Positions 48,499-58,283 of a stretch of DNA of 64,000 nt are shown here, one piece after another. The notes beneath the pieces are model-generated. The model saw only the letters and a program-made list of their open reading frames with translations, made no database searches and was not told the origin of the DNA. Position 1 is the first letter of the stretch. Every line of letters begins with the position of its first letter. This DNA comes from Candidatus Thorarchaeota archaeon (GTDB lineage: Archaea > Asgardarchaeota > Thorarchaeia > Thorarchaeales > Thorarchaeaceae): assembly GCA_004524445.1 (NCBI GenBank), contig SDNP01000001.1, positions 32,001-96,000 of the forward strand. The letters are read 5' to 3'. The position numbers were made by a program, and so were the translations under genes.

Positions 48499-49365
48499 TT
48501 GACTAATAACAATGGCTCTAAGGAGAATATTTACGATACAAACAAGTGTAGGCTACTCAGAAGATATCCCCTGACTGAACAAGAGGATCTGTTCTTATTT
48601 CGCTTTGAAGATTCTGAAGTTGCACAGAACTGGCGCTTTAAGCCCGGTCAATTTGTTCAGGTTTCTCTACTTGGTCTTGGAGAAGTGCCAATATCTATCT
48701 GCTCATCGGCGAGAAGGATGGGCTTCTTTGAATTGTGCATACGAAATGCGGGAAAGGTCACTTCACAAATCCATGAGCTAGAACCAGGCGACCTGGTTGG
48801 TATCAGAGGACCATATGGAAACGGATTTCCTATGGAGCAGTTCCACGGACGAGACCTACTGTGCGTAGCTGCAGGACTTGGAATGGCACCACTACGGTCA
48901 GTATTTCTCTATGCTATTGATAACCGATGGCAATTTGGAAACATCACCATAATCAATACTGCAAAGTATGGCAAGGAATTGCTGTTTGAAAAAGAACTGG
49001 AAGCAATGAAGGATATTGCTACCGCTGAGAATATTGCGATTGTTCAAAGCGTCACGAGAGACCCCGAGTACCCAAGCCTGCATGGAAGAGCGACCGAACA
49101 TATGGACAAGGCCAATGTCGATCCCAATAATTGTGCTGTGGCAATGTGTGGTCCACCTGCAATGTATCGCGGCATGTTTGACCACTTGGTTGAGTCTGGT
49201 TACGATCCACGCTACATATGGGTCACTCTAGAGCGAAAAATGTACTGTGGGACTGGAAAATGTGGACACTGTAACATCGGTACGGCGACCTCATGGAAGT
49301 ATGCCTGTAAGGATGGTCCGGTGTTTGACTACTATGCAATAAATTCGATTCCGGGGTTGATATGA
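48499..49365 (+). CDS. hydG: Sulfhydrogenase gamma subunit (FAD/NAD(P)-binding)
   Basis: PGQF, GEVPISI, RGPYGNGF, AGLGMAP, CGPP, ERKMYCGTGKCGHC, CKDGPVF. Confidence 0.9.
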   Translation: MTNNNGSKENIYDTNKCRLLRRYPLTEQEDLFLFRFEDSEVAQNWRFKPGQFVQVSLLGLGEVPISICSSARRMGFFELCIRNAGKVTSQIHELEPGDLVGIRGPYGNGFPMEQFHGRDLLCVAAGLGMAPLRSVFLYAIDNRWQFGNITIINTAKYGKELLFEKELEAMKDIATAENIAIVQSVTRDPEYPSLHGRATEHMDKANVDPNNCAVAMCGPPAMYRGMFDHLVESGYDPRYIWVTLERKMYCGTGKCGHCNIGTATSWKYACKDGPVFDYYAINSIPGLI

Positions 49366-49366
49366 G

Positions 49367-50185
49367 ATGGCCATAATTGACGAATGCAGAACTGATTGCA
49401 AACCAAGGGTCGGTGTATACGGGCTTACTTCTTGTTATGGTTGTCAGCTGAAGCTAGCTACCGTTCAGAAGATAATGGAGATAGCAGATGCTGTTCAAAT
49501 CGAGAGCTTCTATATGATGTCCAGCAATAGCAAGATTCCCGCAGATGTGGATATCGCTTTTGTTGAGGGGTCCGTTTCGACCGAGAAGGATCTGAACGAA
49601 TTGATAGAAATACGAAAACACTCACGCGTTCTTGTCGCATTGGGCGCTTGTGCGGTCCATGGGGGTGTACAGAGTTGGGCGGAAGGAGAGATGGACATTG
49701 ATAAACTCCACTCAACCGTTTACGGTGATGCTGAAATAAACATGAAGCCGCTTCAAGCAACTCCAATAGAACAACATGTTGAGGTCGACTATTCTCTTCC
49801 CGGTTGCCCGCCCGAGGAAGATGAGTTGATGTATTTCATCTCTGCCTTCTTGTTTGGCACCTATCCGGAGCCAAAGGACTATCCGGTCTGTGCTGAGTGT
49901 CGCCTTGCAGGAAATCCTTGCATCCTTATTGAGCGAGATGCTCCCTGTTTAGGGCCTGTCATCACTGCAGGGTGCAAGGCAAGGTGTCCTTCATTCAATG
50001 TGCCATGTGTAGGTTGTAGAGGTCCAGTACCATATGAAACAGCCTGGTTTGACTCCTTGGCTAAGACATTTCGGATGAAAGGGATGGATGAGGAATTCAT
50101 CCGGGATAGAATGCGTGTATTTGGGGCACATAATCCCAATCTTGAGCCTATGCTCAAAAGAATATTCGGAGAGGAGAAAGAATGA
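49367..50185 (+). CDS. hydD: Sulfhydrogenase delta (small) subunit
   Basis: LTSCYGCQ, EGSV, GACAVHGG, PGCPP, CAEC, CLGP. Confidence 0.9.
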   Translation: MAIIDECRTDCKPRVGVYGLTSCYGCQLKLATVQKIMEIADAVQIESFYMMSSNSKIPADVDIAFVEGSVSTEKDLNELIEIRKHSRVLVALGACAVHGGVQSWAEGEMDIDKLHSTVYGDAEINMKPLQATPIEQHVEVDYSLPGCPPEEDELMYFISAFLFGTYPEPKDYPVCAECRLAGNPCILIERDAPCLGPVITAGCKARCPSFNVPCVGCRGPVPYETAWFDSLAKTFRMKGMDEEFIRDRMRVFGAHNPNLEPMLKRIFGEEKE

Positions 50186-51519
50186 CATCCACTGAAAAGA
50201 AGAAATCAAGTAAGAAATCGAAACTAACTCGTCCAATCAATGTTGATCACATTGCCCGAATTGAGGGAAAGGCTGGCATTGAGGTCATTTATGACGGAAA
50301 GGATGTTGAAGTTGTAAATGTGAATGTCTTCGAGGGACCACGGTACTTCGAGGCCATAACACTGGGCAAGCCTCTCGAAGAAGCTGCAGCTGTCTTTCCC
50401 CGAGTCTGTTCGTTTTGTGCTGCAGCACACAAGATTACTGCAGTTGAAGCAATAGAGGATGCCATCGGCCTAGATTCTACAGAACAGACGAAAAAATTCC
50501 GAGAACTGTTATACATAGGCGACTATCTTGAGAGCCATGCACTCCATCTCTTCCTACTGGTCTTACCAGACTTTCTTGGATACCCTGATGCCTTCACAAT
50601 GGCAAAGGACTATCCTGATACTGTGAAGGCTGGAATGAAAATGAAAGACATCGGCGCAGATATCCAGACCATTATTGGTTCTCGGTATATCCATCAGGAA
50701 AATCTACTCATTGGCGGTTTCGGTTCTCTCCCCACAAAGAGCAAGCTCCTCGCTCTAGCCAGTAGATTGAAATATCTGCGAAATGAATCTGAAGAGGCCC
50801 TGGAACACCTTCTCAGCTATCGTAATTGGCCTGAAGTTAAAGCTTCTCGCAATCATCTTGCTCTGCAACCTCGAGGTAAGCACTATACAATGTTTGGGAA
50901 CGAAATCCACTCAACTGATGGTGGAAAGTTCAAGAATGATGCATATAAGATGAGAATTTCAGAATCTGTGGTTCCACATTCGTTTGCAAAGCATTCTCAC
51001 TATAATAATGCTCCATTCATGACTGGCGCACTATCTCGATATACACTCTTCAATGGCATGCTTGAGGGGCGAGCGAAAGAACTCGCAGGAATGTACGAAA
51101 CTTATCTTGATCCAGATAATCCAATGTCCAACAATTTCGCTCAGGCTATCGAACTCGTCTATTACACTCATAAGGCAGAAGCTATTAGTCGCGATTTAGC
51201 TGATAATTTGAAACGCTATGAGCAGCGGATAAAACCGAGGATTGTACCTGGAACAGGAGTATCTGTAACAGAGGCTCCAAGGGGGCTATTGGCATATACA
51301 ATAGGGGTTGACAAAAACGGGAGAGTCAACAAATGTGATATCATAACGCCCACTGCCATGTTTCTCCCTATAATGGAGGAGGATCTTCAACGGATGTCCC
51401 AAGGGCTGCTGAATAAGGGTCTGAAAGATACCAAAGAGATTGGCGAGAAATTGGAGACTGTTGTCCGCTCTTACGACCCATGTGTATCTTGTAGTGTGCA
51501 TGTGACTGAATTAAAGTGA
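50182..51519 (+). CDS. hydA: [NiFe] hydrogenase large (alpha) subunit, group 3b
   Basis: RIEG, RVCSFCAAAH (L1), EAPRG, DPCVSCSVH (L2). Confidence 0.93.
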   Translation: MTSTEKKKSSKKSKLTRPINVDHIARIEGKAGIEVIYDGKDVEVVNVNVFEGPRYFEAITLGKPLEEAAAVFPRVCSFCAAAHKITAVEAIEDAIGLDSTEQTKKFRELLYIGDYLESHALHLFLLVLPDFLGYPDAFTMAKDYPDTVKAGMKMKDIGADIQTIIGSRYIHQENLLIGGFGSLPTKSKLLALASRLKYLRNESEEALEHLLSYRNWPEVKASRNHLALQPRGKHYTMFGNEIHSTDGGKFKNDAYKMRISESVVPHSFAKHSHYNNAPFMTGALSRYTLFNGMLEGRAKELAGMYETYLDPDNPMSNNFAQAIELVYYTHKAEAISRDLADNLKRYEQRIKPRIVPGTGVSVTEAPRGLLAYTIGVDKNGRVNKCDIITPTAMFLPIMEEDLQRMSQGLLNKGLKDTKEIGEKLETVVRSYDPCVSCSVHVTELK

Positions 51520-51546
51520 TGCAATAGATTGTGAGGTCAGGGACTC

Positions 51547-53331
51547 ATGCATGGTTACATGGGGAAAATACTCACTGTTAACCTCACAAAAGCAGTAGTC
51601 TCGGAGATCCTGATAGAACCCGCAATCGCTTCATCGTTCATAGGGGGAAGTGGCTATGCAGCACGGTTACTCTATGACTACCTTGATTCAAATGTACACC
51701 CCCTGGCCCCTGAAAATCCCCTTCTATTCATGACTGGCCCCCTGACTGGGACCTTGGCTCCCTGTACGGGACGTCATGTAGTTTGCTCACGTTCTCCCCT
51801 GACTGGACAATGGGGTGAGGCAAATGCCGGTGGTCACTTCGGAGCGAAATTGAAGTCATCGGGGTTTGACGGGATTTTAATTGTAGGTCGGGCATCGTCT
51901 CCAAAATATCTACATCTGTCCGAGGGTGCCTGTAGCATTGAGGACGCAACCAACCTGTGGGGAAAGACTACTGATATTGTTCAGCATGAGTTGCGTGATG
52001 CAATATCTAAGGCAGAATTTGCAGTTATTGGTCCTGCTGGAGAGAACTTAGTACGGTTTGCATCTATTGTAAACGATGAGCGAGTTGCTGCAAGATGCGG
52101 CATGGGCACCATCATGGGATCAAAAAATCTGAAGGCTATAGCTGTTGAAGGAATCTTACGTCCATCAATCCATGACGAGGACTCATTCCGGGATCTCGCT
52201 CTTTCAACAGCAAAAGAGTTGCGCAAGAATCAAACAACACTCTCGGAACAAGGGACTGCGATGTATGTCCAAAGAGGGATGATTGCCAATGATATGCCAG
52301 TGAAATACTTCCAAGAAACAGAGTTTGATGTGGATTCCATTGATGGAGATGCTCTGCGTAGACTACTAACACGCAGATATGCCTGTCATTCGTGCCCAAT
52401 AGGCTGTGGTCGTGTAATATCATTGGAAGAAGCAGGGCTAGACGGAATAGCAGGTCCAGAATACCAGACGATTGCAGCTTTTGGCACCAACTTGAAGATG
52501 TCAGATTTGAAAGAAATATCAGTTATGAACCTACTATGCAATTCTCTAGGTATGGACACAATTAGTTGCGGCAGTATGGTTGCCTTTGCAACTCACCTTT
52601 GTGAATTAGGAAGGCTAGATTGGAATCTCGAATGGAATGACCCGGAGCGCACCCGTTCTTTGATTGAAGATATTGCATATCGCAGAGGACCGGGGAATGA
52701 ACTTGCTGAAGGCTCGCTTAGATTTGCCTCAAAATATGGAGTTGAAAATCTAGCTCTTCAGGTCAACGGGCTGGAGATTCCCAATCATGATCCACGAGCA
52801 TTCGTTGGCTTGGGACTGGTCTATGCGGTATCCGCTCGAGGGGCAAGTCATACGGAAGCCGATATGCACACTGTCGACGTAGGTGTTGATGTTCCCCAAC
52901 TGGGCATTCATGCATCCGATAGGCTTGCTAATGCAGGAAAGGGTGTGACAGTAGCTAAGTGTCAAGATTTTCGAGCATTTCATGATTCGCTGATAATGTG
53001 TCATTTTCCTGAGGTTCCCCCGGATGTGCTTGTCAAGCTCCTCAATTACGGCACTGGGTCTGCATTCTGTACCCAGGACATATTGATGGTTGGTTCTAGA
53101 ATAGTGAATACTAAGCGTCTGTTCAATCTTCGGTGTGGTTTGAAAGTAGAGAACGAGAAACTTCCCCCTCCTTTACTAAAACCTCTAGATGGCAGCATTC
53201 CCGGAGGTATTGTACCGGACATGTCGGCTATGATGAATGAATACTATCAATATCGAGAATGGGATGTGAATACAGGAAAACCATCGTCAAACAAACTGAG
53301 AGAACTCGATTTGAAGATGCATGGTGACTGA
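51547..53331 (+). CDS. aor: Tungsten aldehyde:ferredoxin oxidoreductase family enzyme
   Basis: GYMGKIL, SPLTG, IGPAGE, MGSKNLKAI, CHSCPIGC, MDTIS, HDPR, RGASH. Confidence 0.9.
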   Translation: MHGYMGKILTVNLTKAVVSEILIEPAIASSFIGGSGYAARLLYDYLDSNVHPLAPENPLLFMTGPLTGTLAPCTGRHVVCSRSPLTGQWGEANAGGHFGAKLKSSGFDGILIVGRASSPKYLHLSEGACSIEDATNLWGKTTDIVQHELRDAISKAEFAVIGPAGENLVRFASIVNDERVAARCGMGTIMGSKNLKAIAVEGILRPSIHDEDSFRDLALSTAKELRKNQTTLSEQGTAMYVQRGMIANDMPVKYFQETEFDVDSIDGDALRRLLTRRYACHSCPIGCGRVISLEEAGLDGIAGPEYQTIAAFGTNLKMSDLKEISVMNLLCNSLGMDTISCGSMVAFATHLCELGRLDWNLEWNDPERTRSLIEDIAYRRGPGNELAEGSLRFASKYGVENLALQVNGLEIPNHDPRAFVGLGLVYAVSARGASHTEADMHTVDVGVDVPQLGIHASDRLANAGKGVTVAKCQDFRAFHDSLIMCHFPEVPPDVLVKLLNYGTGSAFCTQDILMVGSRIVNTKRLFNLRCGLKVENEKLPPPLLKPLDGSIPGGIVPDMSAMMNEYYQYREWDVNTGKPSSNKLRELDLKMHGD

Positions 53332-53367
53332 TTCTTTGTCCTCATCCGTTAGCTTCATTCGGGGGGG

Positions 53368-54321
53368 TTGTCAGGGCAGAAAATGGAGTGGCACTTAATG
53401 CAGCAATGGATTGACTTAGCCTGGCGCCTCGCAGTGTTCTATGTCTTCATCGTGCTAGGTATTCTCATATCAAGAAAGTTGCAGGAAAATGATACTGTAG
53501 AGCGATTTGTCACACAACTACTCATCAACGTCATGCTCCCGCTTCTCATGATTGATACTCTTTTGGACACCGCAGGGGAATTGCTATCAGAAGTTGCTAT
53601 AATCGTTCCAATTGCTGTGCTGGCTCACGTTCTTGGACTACTGATATTCTATCCTCGTGTGAGAGGCCTTGATTTAGACAATTCGAAAAAAGGGGCTCTG
53701 CTTCTCTGTGTGACCTTCAATAATGCAGTCTTTCTTCCTGTCCCCTTGGTATTGATGTTTATGGGTGACGTAGGAATACCCGTCATCGCCCTTTATGCAG
53801 TCGTAGAAATGATCTTATTGGCGATAGTTGGCACTGCTTTGGGAGCTGCCTATAATGTTAGCGAGGCAAAGCGGCTCGAGATGATAAAAAAAGCACTCCT
53901 ATTTCCACCTCTACTCGCTGTTTTGCTCGGACTGTTCTTGGCGAGTCTTGGACTTCAAATTCCGTCCATATTTAGTCCAATAACATCCGCAAATAGTACT
54001 GCCATAACATATCTCGCTCTATTGGCAGTGGGACTAAGCCTTGGAAGAAATATTGCATCCTCCGAAATCAGAACTGCACTGGAAGCGGTTGGAGTAAGAC
54101 AGGTTCTTGTGCCCTTGGTGATGTGGGTCATACTTGCTTTTGCGATGGTTTCGGACACTACACGCAGTGTCTTGCTTCTGGAAGCAATGATGCCCCCTGC
54201 GGTCTTCACCGTTATCTATGCCTCCGCACTGAAATTGGACTCGGAAACTGCAGCTAGTGTAGTGACTATTGGAACTCTGTTTTTGCTTCCGGTGGTTCCA
54301 TTTCTTGCATTCATCATCTGA
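53368..54321 (+). CDS. AEC (auxin efflux carrier) family transporter
   Basis: FNNAVFLPVP, EAMMPPA; about 10 TM. Confidence 0.85.
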   Translation: MSGQKMEWHLMQQWIDLAWRLAVFYVFIVLGILISRKLQENDTVERFVTQLLINVMLPLLMIDTLLDTAGELLSEVAIIVPIAVLAHVLGLLIFYPRVRGLDLDNSKKGALLLCVTFNNAVFLPVPLVLMFMGDVGIPVIALYAVVEMILLAIVGTALGAAYNVSEAKRLEMIKKALLFPPLLAVLLGLFLASLGLQIPSIFSPITSANSTAITYLALLAVGLSLGRNIASSEIRTALEAVGVRQVLVPLVMWVILAFAMVSDTTRSVLLLEAMMPPAVFTVIYASALKLDSETAASVVTIGTLFLLPVVPFLAFII

Positions 54322-54378
54322 GAGTGTATCTTCTTACTATCTCAAATAATATAACAGATAAAGAAAACATGTAGATTC

Positions 54379-54702
54379 GTGTTCAAGTTGCCAGAGAATG
54401 AAAAAGACCCTGAAGCAATTAGAGATTCCCTTGATGATATTGTAGAAAAGCTTGACCAGACAACATCTTCCAGTCAGCAATGGGGAGAAACAATGAGCAC
54501 CAATAGAGAGCGTTGGGAGGAGCTGAAGGCGCAAATTCACAGTAGGCAGAAGCGCTTGAAGGAACTGGTTCTTGAGAAGAAGGCTGGAAATATAGGTAAG
54601 GAAGAGTTTGATGAAAAATACCAGAAGATACAGAAGGAACTAACCGCTTTGGAATTTCAAATATACAATCTTCGACTGGGCACCGAGGTTGAAGTTGAAT
54701 AG
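54379..54702 (+). CDS. Hypothetical coiled-coil protein
   Basis: Charged helical ORF; AGNIGKEEFDEK SHOCT-like segment. Confidence 0.6.
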   Translation: MFKLPENEKDPEAIRDSLDDIVEKLDQTTSSSQQWGETMSTNRERWEELKAQIHSRQKRLKELVLEKKAGNIGKEEFDEKYQKIQKELTALEFQIYNLRLGTEVEVE

Positions 54703-54743
54703 TTCTTTTGGGCAATCGTTAATGCAACAACTGAGGTTTGTAA

Positions 54744-55790
54744 TCAATCTATACTTGATTTTCGCAGCAGCAGAACTGCTTCAGCAATTGCAAAAATTGC
54801 AAGAATTGATGCCAAACCAACTAGTGCATAAGTGACTATTGGATTGATTCCTCTTTGCTGCTCACTTTCAAGGGCAGAAGATATTGCTCCAAGATTATAG
54901 GTCATAACAGAGAGATAGTCAGACATTCCGGAGAAGAAAATAACCCGCCACCAAACTACTTGTGTAGACGTATCCTCGCCCAATTGTCTAGCGAATTCTC
55001 CACCTGCTTGAAGCCTTGCAATATCTGATCCTATAATCAAGTCGATGGTACCATTTGCCAATGCCAATTGAACTTGGAGAAGTTCTGCTCCTGAGATGAA
55101 TACATTCTCTCCCTCTTGCAATACACCCACGACCTCTATCCCGAAAGCTTCTGCTACATATGCCTCCGCTGGAAACACTACCACTGCCTTTAACGAGGAA
55201 AAACCTAGTTCATCATCGGTATCGCCAACAAGTTCGAGGAATCGTTCAATTCGTTCTACAAAATCATCGAACATTGACTGCCAGAACCAATCAAGACTAG
55301 GATACAATTCACTCAAGGAACTCCTCGTTGCGTTCGCTATCGCTCTGGCATTCTTAGGAAGGAGCCAATAAGAATGTGGATTGCCGTCCTCATGGTCATG
55401 ACCGTCTTCCTCATGTTCTGCATCTCCTGGAATCGGAGATAGTTCTGCGCCATAGTCCTCGTAGTCTTCCAATGAGATGTAGGGTTTTCCGGTTTGGTTA
55501 ATGAGGTCTTCCTCCCACGGAAAATGCCCTGTGAGGATGAGGAGGTCCGCATTATTTGCTGCCTCAACAGATGATTGTGGTAGTTGAGAAGCATGTGGTT
55601 CAATACCTTCAGGCAGAAGTACAGTGGTTTCAACATATGACCCGCCTATGTCATCAACTATACCTGCTAGCGGGGCAACAGCCACTGCGAGCTGAAGTAC
55701 TGGCCCCTCCTGAGCAATGACCGGGATTGAGAGAGCACTGTATGCGGAAAGTAGGAGAAGAACCAAAATCGCATTTCTTGATAGCTTCAT
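54744..55790 (-). CDS. znuA: Zn/Mn ABC transporter solute-binding protein with C-terminal TM
   Basis: PEGIEPH, HEEDGHDHED loop, NPHSYWL; start refined to ATG 55790. Confidence 0.85.
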   Translation of the reverse strand: MKLSRNAILVLLLLSAYSALSIPVIAQEGPVLQLAVAVAPLAGIVDDIGGSYVETTVLLPEGIEPHASQLPQSSVEAANNADLLILTGHFPWEEDLINQTGKPYISLEDYEDYGAELSPIPGDAEHEEDGHDHEDGNPHSYWLLPKNARAIANATRSSLSELYPSLDWFWQSMFDDFVERIERFLELVGDTDDELGFSSLKAVVVFPAEAYVAEAFGIEVVGVLQEGENVFISGAELLQVQLALANGTIDLIIGSDIARLQAGGEFARQLGEDTSTQVVWWRVIFFSGMSDYLSVMTYNLGAISSALESEQQRGINPIVTYALVGLASILAIFAIAEAVLLLRKSSID

Positions 55791-55808
55791 GAACGGTATC
55801 CTCTTGGT

Positions 55809-55836
55809 TATTAACACCAACCGGTACATGTTAATA
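55809..55836. promoter_or_regulatory. Symmetric divergent promoter / operator TATTAACA-N12-TGTTAATA
   Basis: Perfect 8-bp inverted repeat between znuA and znuC. Confidence 0.5.
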
Positions 55837-55861
55837 TCTTTCTACATAGGTGTCAATCGAG

Positions 55862-56662
55862 ATGAAGTCAGCTCCGTTGCTCGAAGCTAACAATGTATCT
55901 GTGAGATATGCTAATGGAGAAGTTGCTCTGCGCAACCTAACCTTCCAAGTCGACCAACCATCTTTTGTGGCGATAGTCGGTCCGAATGGTTCAGGCAAGA
56001 GTACGCTTCTGAAGACCGCTCTTGGCCTCTTAGAACCATATCAAGGTGATATGCGTGTGTTGGGTTTCGACACAATTTCGCAGAGTGCGAGTATCCGGAA
56101 GAGAGTTCGATATGTACCACAGCGTGATCGTATTCAGCTCACCGTGCCGCTAAAAGTCAAAGATATTGCAGTTATGGGCCGTTTGCTTAAGAAATCTCCT
56201 CCAAGGTCAGCCTCCGATGAGGACATAAACCGGACCCATGAGGCTCTAGAGATGGTAAATATGGATGAGCTTTCGGATAGACCCTTCAACGAGTTATCTG
56301 GCGGGCAGAGACAGAGGGTTCTTGTCGCCCGTGCTCTTGCAGGGGAAGGTCCTCTAATGATGCTTGACGAGCCCCTTGCTGGGACAGATGCAGAAAGCCA
56401 GAATCTCATTGTGGATGCGTTGGGAGAATATCACAAAGATACGGGAGTGAACGTAATCATGGTTACGCATGATCTCAACCCCATCCATACTCTTGTCAAA
56501 GATGTGTTGATGATGAAGAACTCGCTTGTTGGCATTGGGACCCCCTGCGATGTGATGGATCCAAAAGTACTCGAAAAAGTCTATGGACCGGGTGCTAGAG
56601 TGTTAGAATATGCAGGACATCGCTACTGTGTAACCCGTGATTCAGGAGTTGATAGACATTGA
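55862..56662 (+). CDS. znuC: Zn/Mn ABC transporter ATPase
   Basis: GPNGSGKST, YVPQ, LSGGQRQR, LDEP, VTHD. Confidence 0.9.
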   Translation: MKSAPLLEANNVSVRYANGEVALRNLTFQVDQPSFVAIVGPNGSGKSTLLKTALGLLEPYQGDMRVLGFDTISQSASIRKRVRYVPQRDRIQLTVPLKVKDIAVMGRLLKKSPPRSASDEDINRTHEALEMVNMDELSDRPFNELSGGQRQRVLVARALAGEGPLMMLDEPLAGTDAESQNLIVDALGEYHKDTGVNVIMVTHDLNPIHTLVKDVLMMKNSLVGIGTPCDVMDPKVLEKVYGPGARVLEYAGHRYCVTRDSGVDRH

Positions 56663-57600
56663 TTGATTTGCTGATTCAGCTCCTATCTACCCCCTTCATT
56701 CAGCGTGCCCTAATAGGTGCAATCCTTGTTGCAGTAGTTGCCTCTGCAAGTGGCACATTCTTAGTCTTCAGAGGGCTCTCTTTCATGACGACCGGTGTTG
56801 CGCATGCTGCTCTGGGTGGTGCAGCATTGGGTCTATTTCTGCAGTATACAGGAATAGCTCCTTGGTTCGACCCCCTTCTGGGTGCAATTGTCTTCAGCAT
56901 ATTTGTAGCTATGATAACCGGTTATGCAGGAGAGAAAGGGGTTGCTCAAAAAATGGAGGTTGCGGTCGGAGTTTCCTTCGCTTTATCGATGAGCATTGCT
57001 GTCTTTCTAATGTACTACATCCCTCCAACTCAGGTACCTCAAATATGGGGATATCTCATCGGCGATATTTTGTTACTTGATAATCTGGATATCGTGCTAT
57101 TGGCGGGTACTGCCGTCATACTCGTGATTATCACACTTATTTTCAACAAGGAATTCATCTATGTCAGCGTGGATATGGAAGGCGCAACTGCACATGGACT
57201 GAACAGCCGCGCCTACCACTATCTAATGCTTATTACTTCGGCCTTGGCTATTTCATTTGCGACAAAAGCGGTCGGCGCGATTCTCGTGTATGCAATTATG
57301 GTGGCGCCAGCTGCAGCTTCAAATGAATTAGTCAGTTCTGTTCGGGGAGTATTCATCTCTGTATTTGCCATTGCGTTACTATCTGAGTTTGTTGGAATTG
57401 CTGCATCATTTACCGTTCAAGCCTCACCAAGTGCCATAGCTGGAATAATTGCAGCACTGTCCTATGTAATAGCAATGCAAGTGAAAAAGATGCGTGACCG
57501 AGCTCAAACAATGAAACAGGCGGAAACTGATGCGTCTAAACAACAGGACACAGTCAAGCAGTCTTTACATTCTCATCCAGGGCATGATCCAGCTCATTAG
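56659..57600 (+). CDS. znuB: Zn/Mn ABC transporter permease
   Basis: QRALIGA, GVAHAALGG, YLIGDIL; His-rich tail. Confidence 0.9.
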   Translation: MIDLLIQLLSTPFIQRALIGAILVAVVASASGTFLVFRGLSFMTTGVAHAALGGAALGLFLQYTGIAPWFDPLLGAIVFSIFVAMITGYAGEKGVAQKMEVAVGVSFALSMSIAVFLMYYIPPTQVPQIWGYLIGDILLLDNLDIVLLAGTAVILVIITLIFNKEFIYVSVDMEGATAHGLNSRAYHYLMLITSALAISFATKAVGAILVYAIMVAPAAASNELVSSVRGVFISVFAIALLSEFVGIAASFTVQASPSAIAGIIAALSYVIAMQVKKMRDRAQTMKQAETDASKQQDTVKQSLHSHPGHDPAH

Positions 57601-57681
57601 ACATTACACAAACCTTCTCATGTCGGTATCTTTAAGTGGGGTTGCTAAACTTCGACGAATTCGAGGTCGGTGTGAACGACA

Positions 57682-58074
57682 TTGAGCAATGAGATTCCTG
57701 AACGCGATGAGGTACTTCGATCCACAATCATTACCGTTGTATTGTCAGCTATATTTCTTGCATTAGCTATCACATTCTGGGCATGGTCTGCTCCTGATAT
57801 TACAACACCACTAACTGCCCTCAATGATATCAACCCGTTTATTGCCCCCTTGTTAGAAACTCTATTCATGCTTGTGACATTCATATTCCTTACCGTGACC
57901 GTCGTGAATCTGAGGTTGTATCTTACCAAAGTACGTGCAGGCTGGACTGAAATCATATTGATGTTGATTTTCATCGGCGTTGCATCTTATGTGATGTTTG
58001 AGTATGCAGTTGCCATAGCTACCGTTGTTCTCTGTCTGGGATTTGTAGCATATCTTTACCTGTTGCAGGAATAG
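57682..58074 (+). CDS. Hypothetical membrane protein
   Basis: Four hydrophobic segments. Confidence 0.6.
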   Translation: MSNEIPERDEVLRSTIITVVLSAIFLALAITFWAWSAPDITTPLTALNDINPFIAPLLETLFMLVTFIFLTVTVVNLRLYLTKVRAGWTEIILMLIFIGVASYVMFEYAVAIATVVLCLGFVAYLYLLQE

Positions 58075-58149
58075 CAAAACTGCCGGAATGCATTACGCGT
58101 AGGAACTGCACCAGAAGCTTTATGAGCTTACTACAGGGTAGTCGATACA

Positions 58150-58250
58150 AGGCTGAAGGCAATCATGCCCAGGCCGATTGAATACGGTGATTCTCAGCGA
58201 ACGTCTGGAACTGTCAGTCAAGCCCACAACTTGAGGGTCTGGCTTCCAGA
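58150..58250 (+). promoter_or_regulatory. Structured 5' leader of proteasome alpha gene
   Basis: TCTGGAA/TTCCAGA, GTCAG/CTGGC, TCAAG/CTTGA nested stems; GGCA/TGCC hairpin. Confidence 0.4.
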
Positions 58251-58283
58251 AGTCTACTGGGTTTCGCTTGGAGGAAAATTACT

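Noticed and set aside
34378-51519. Selenocysteine in HdrA, MvhD or hydrogenase
   Set aside because: The ORFs are uninterrupted and have Cys at the expected sites (LDCAMC, LECSAC, CNWC, DPCVSC); no in-frame TGA.
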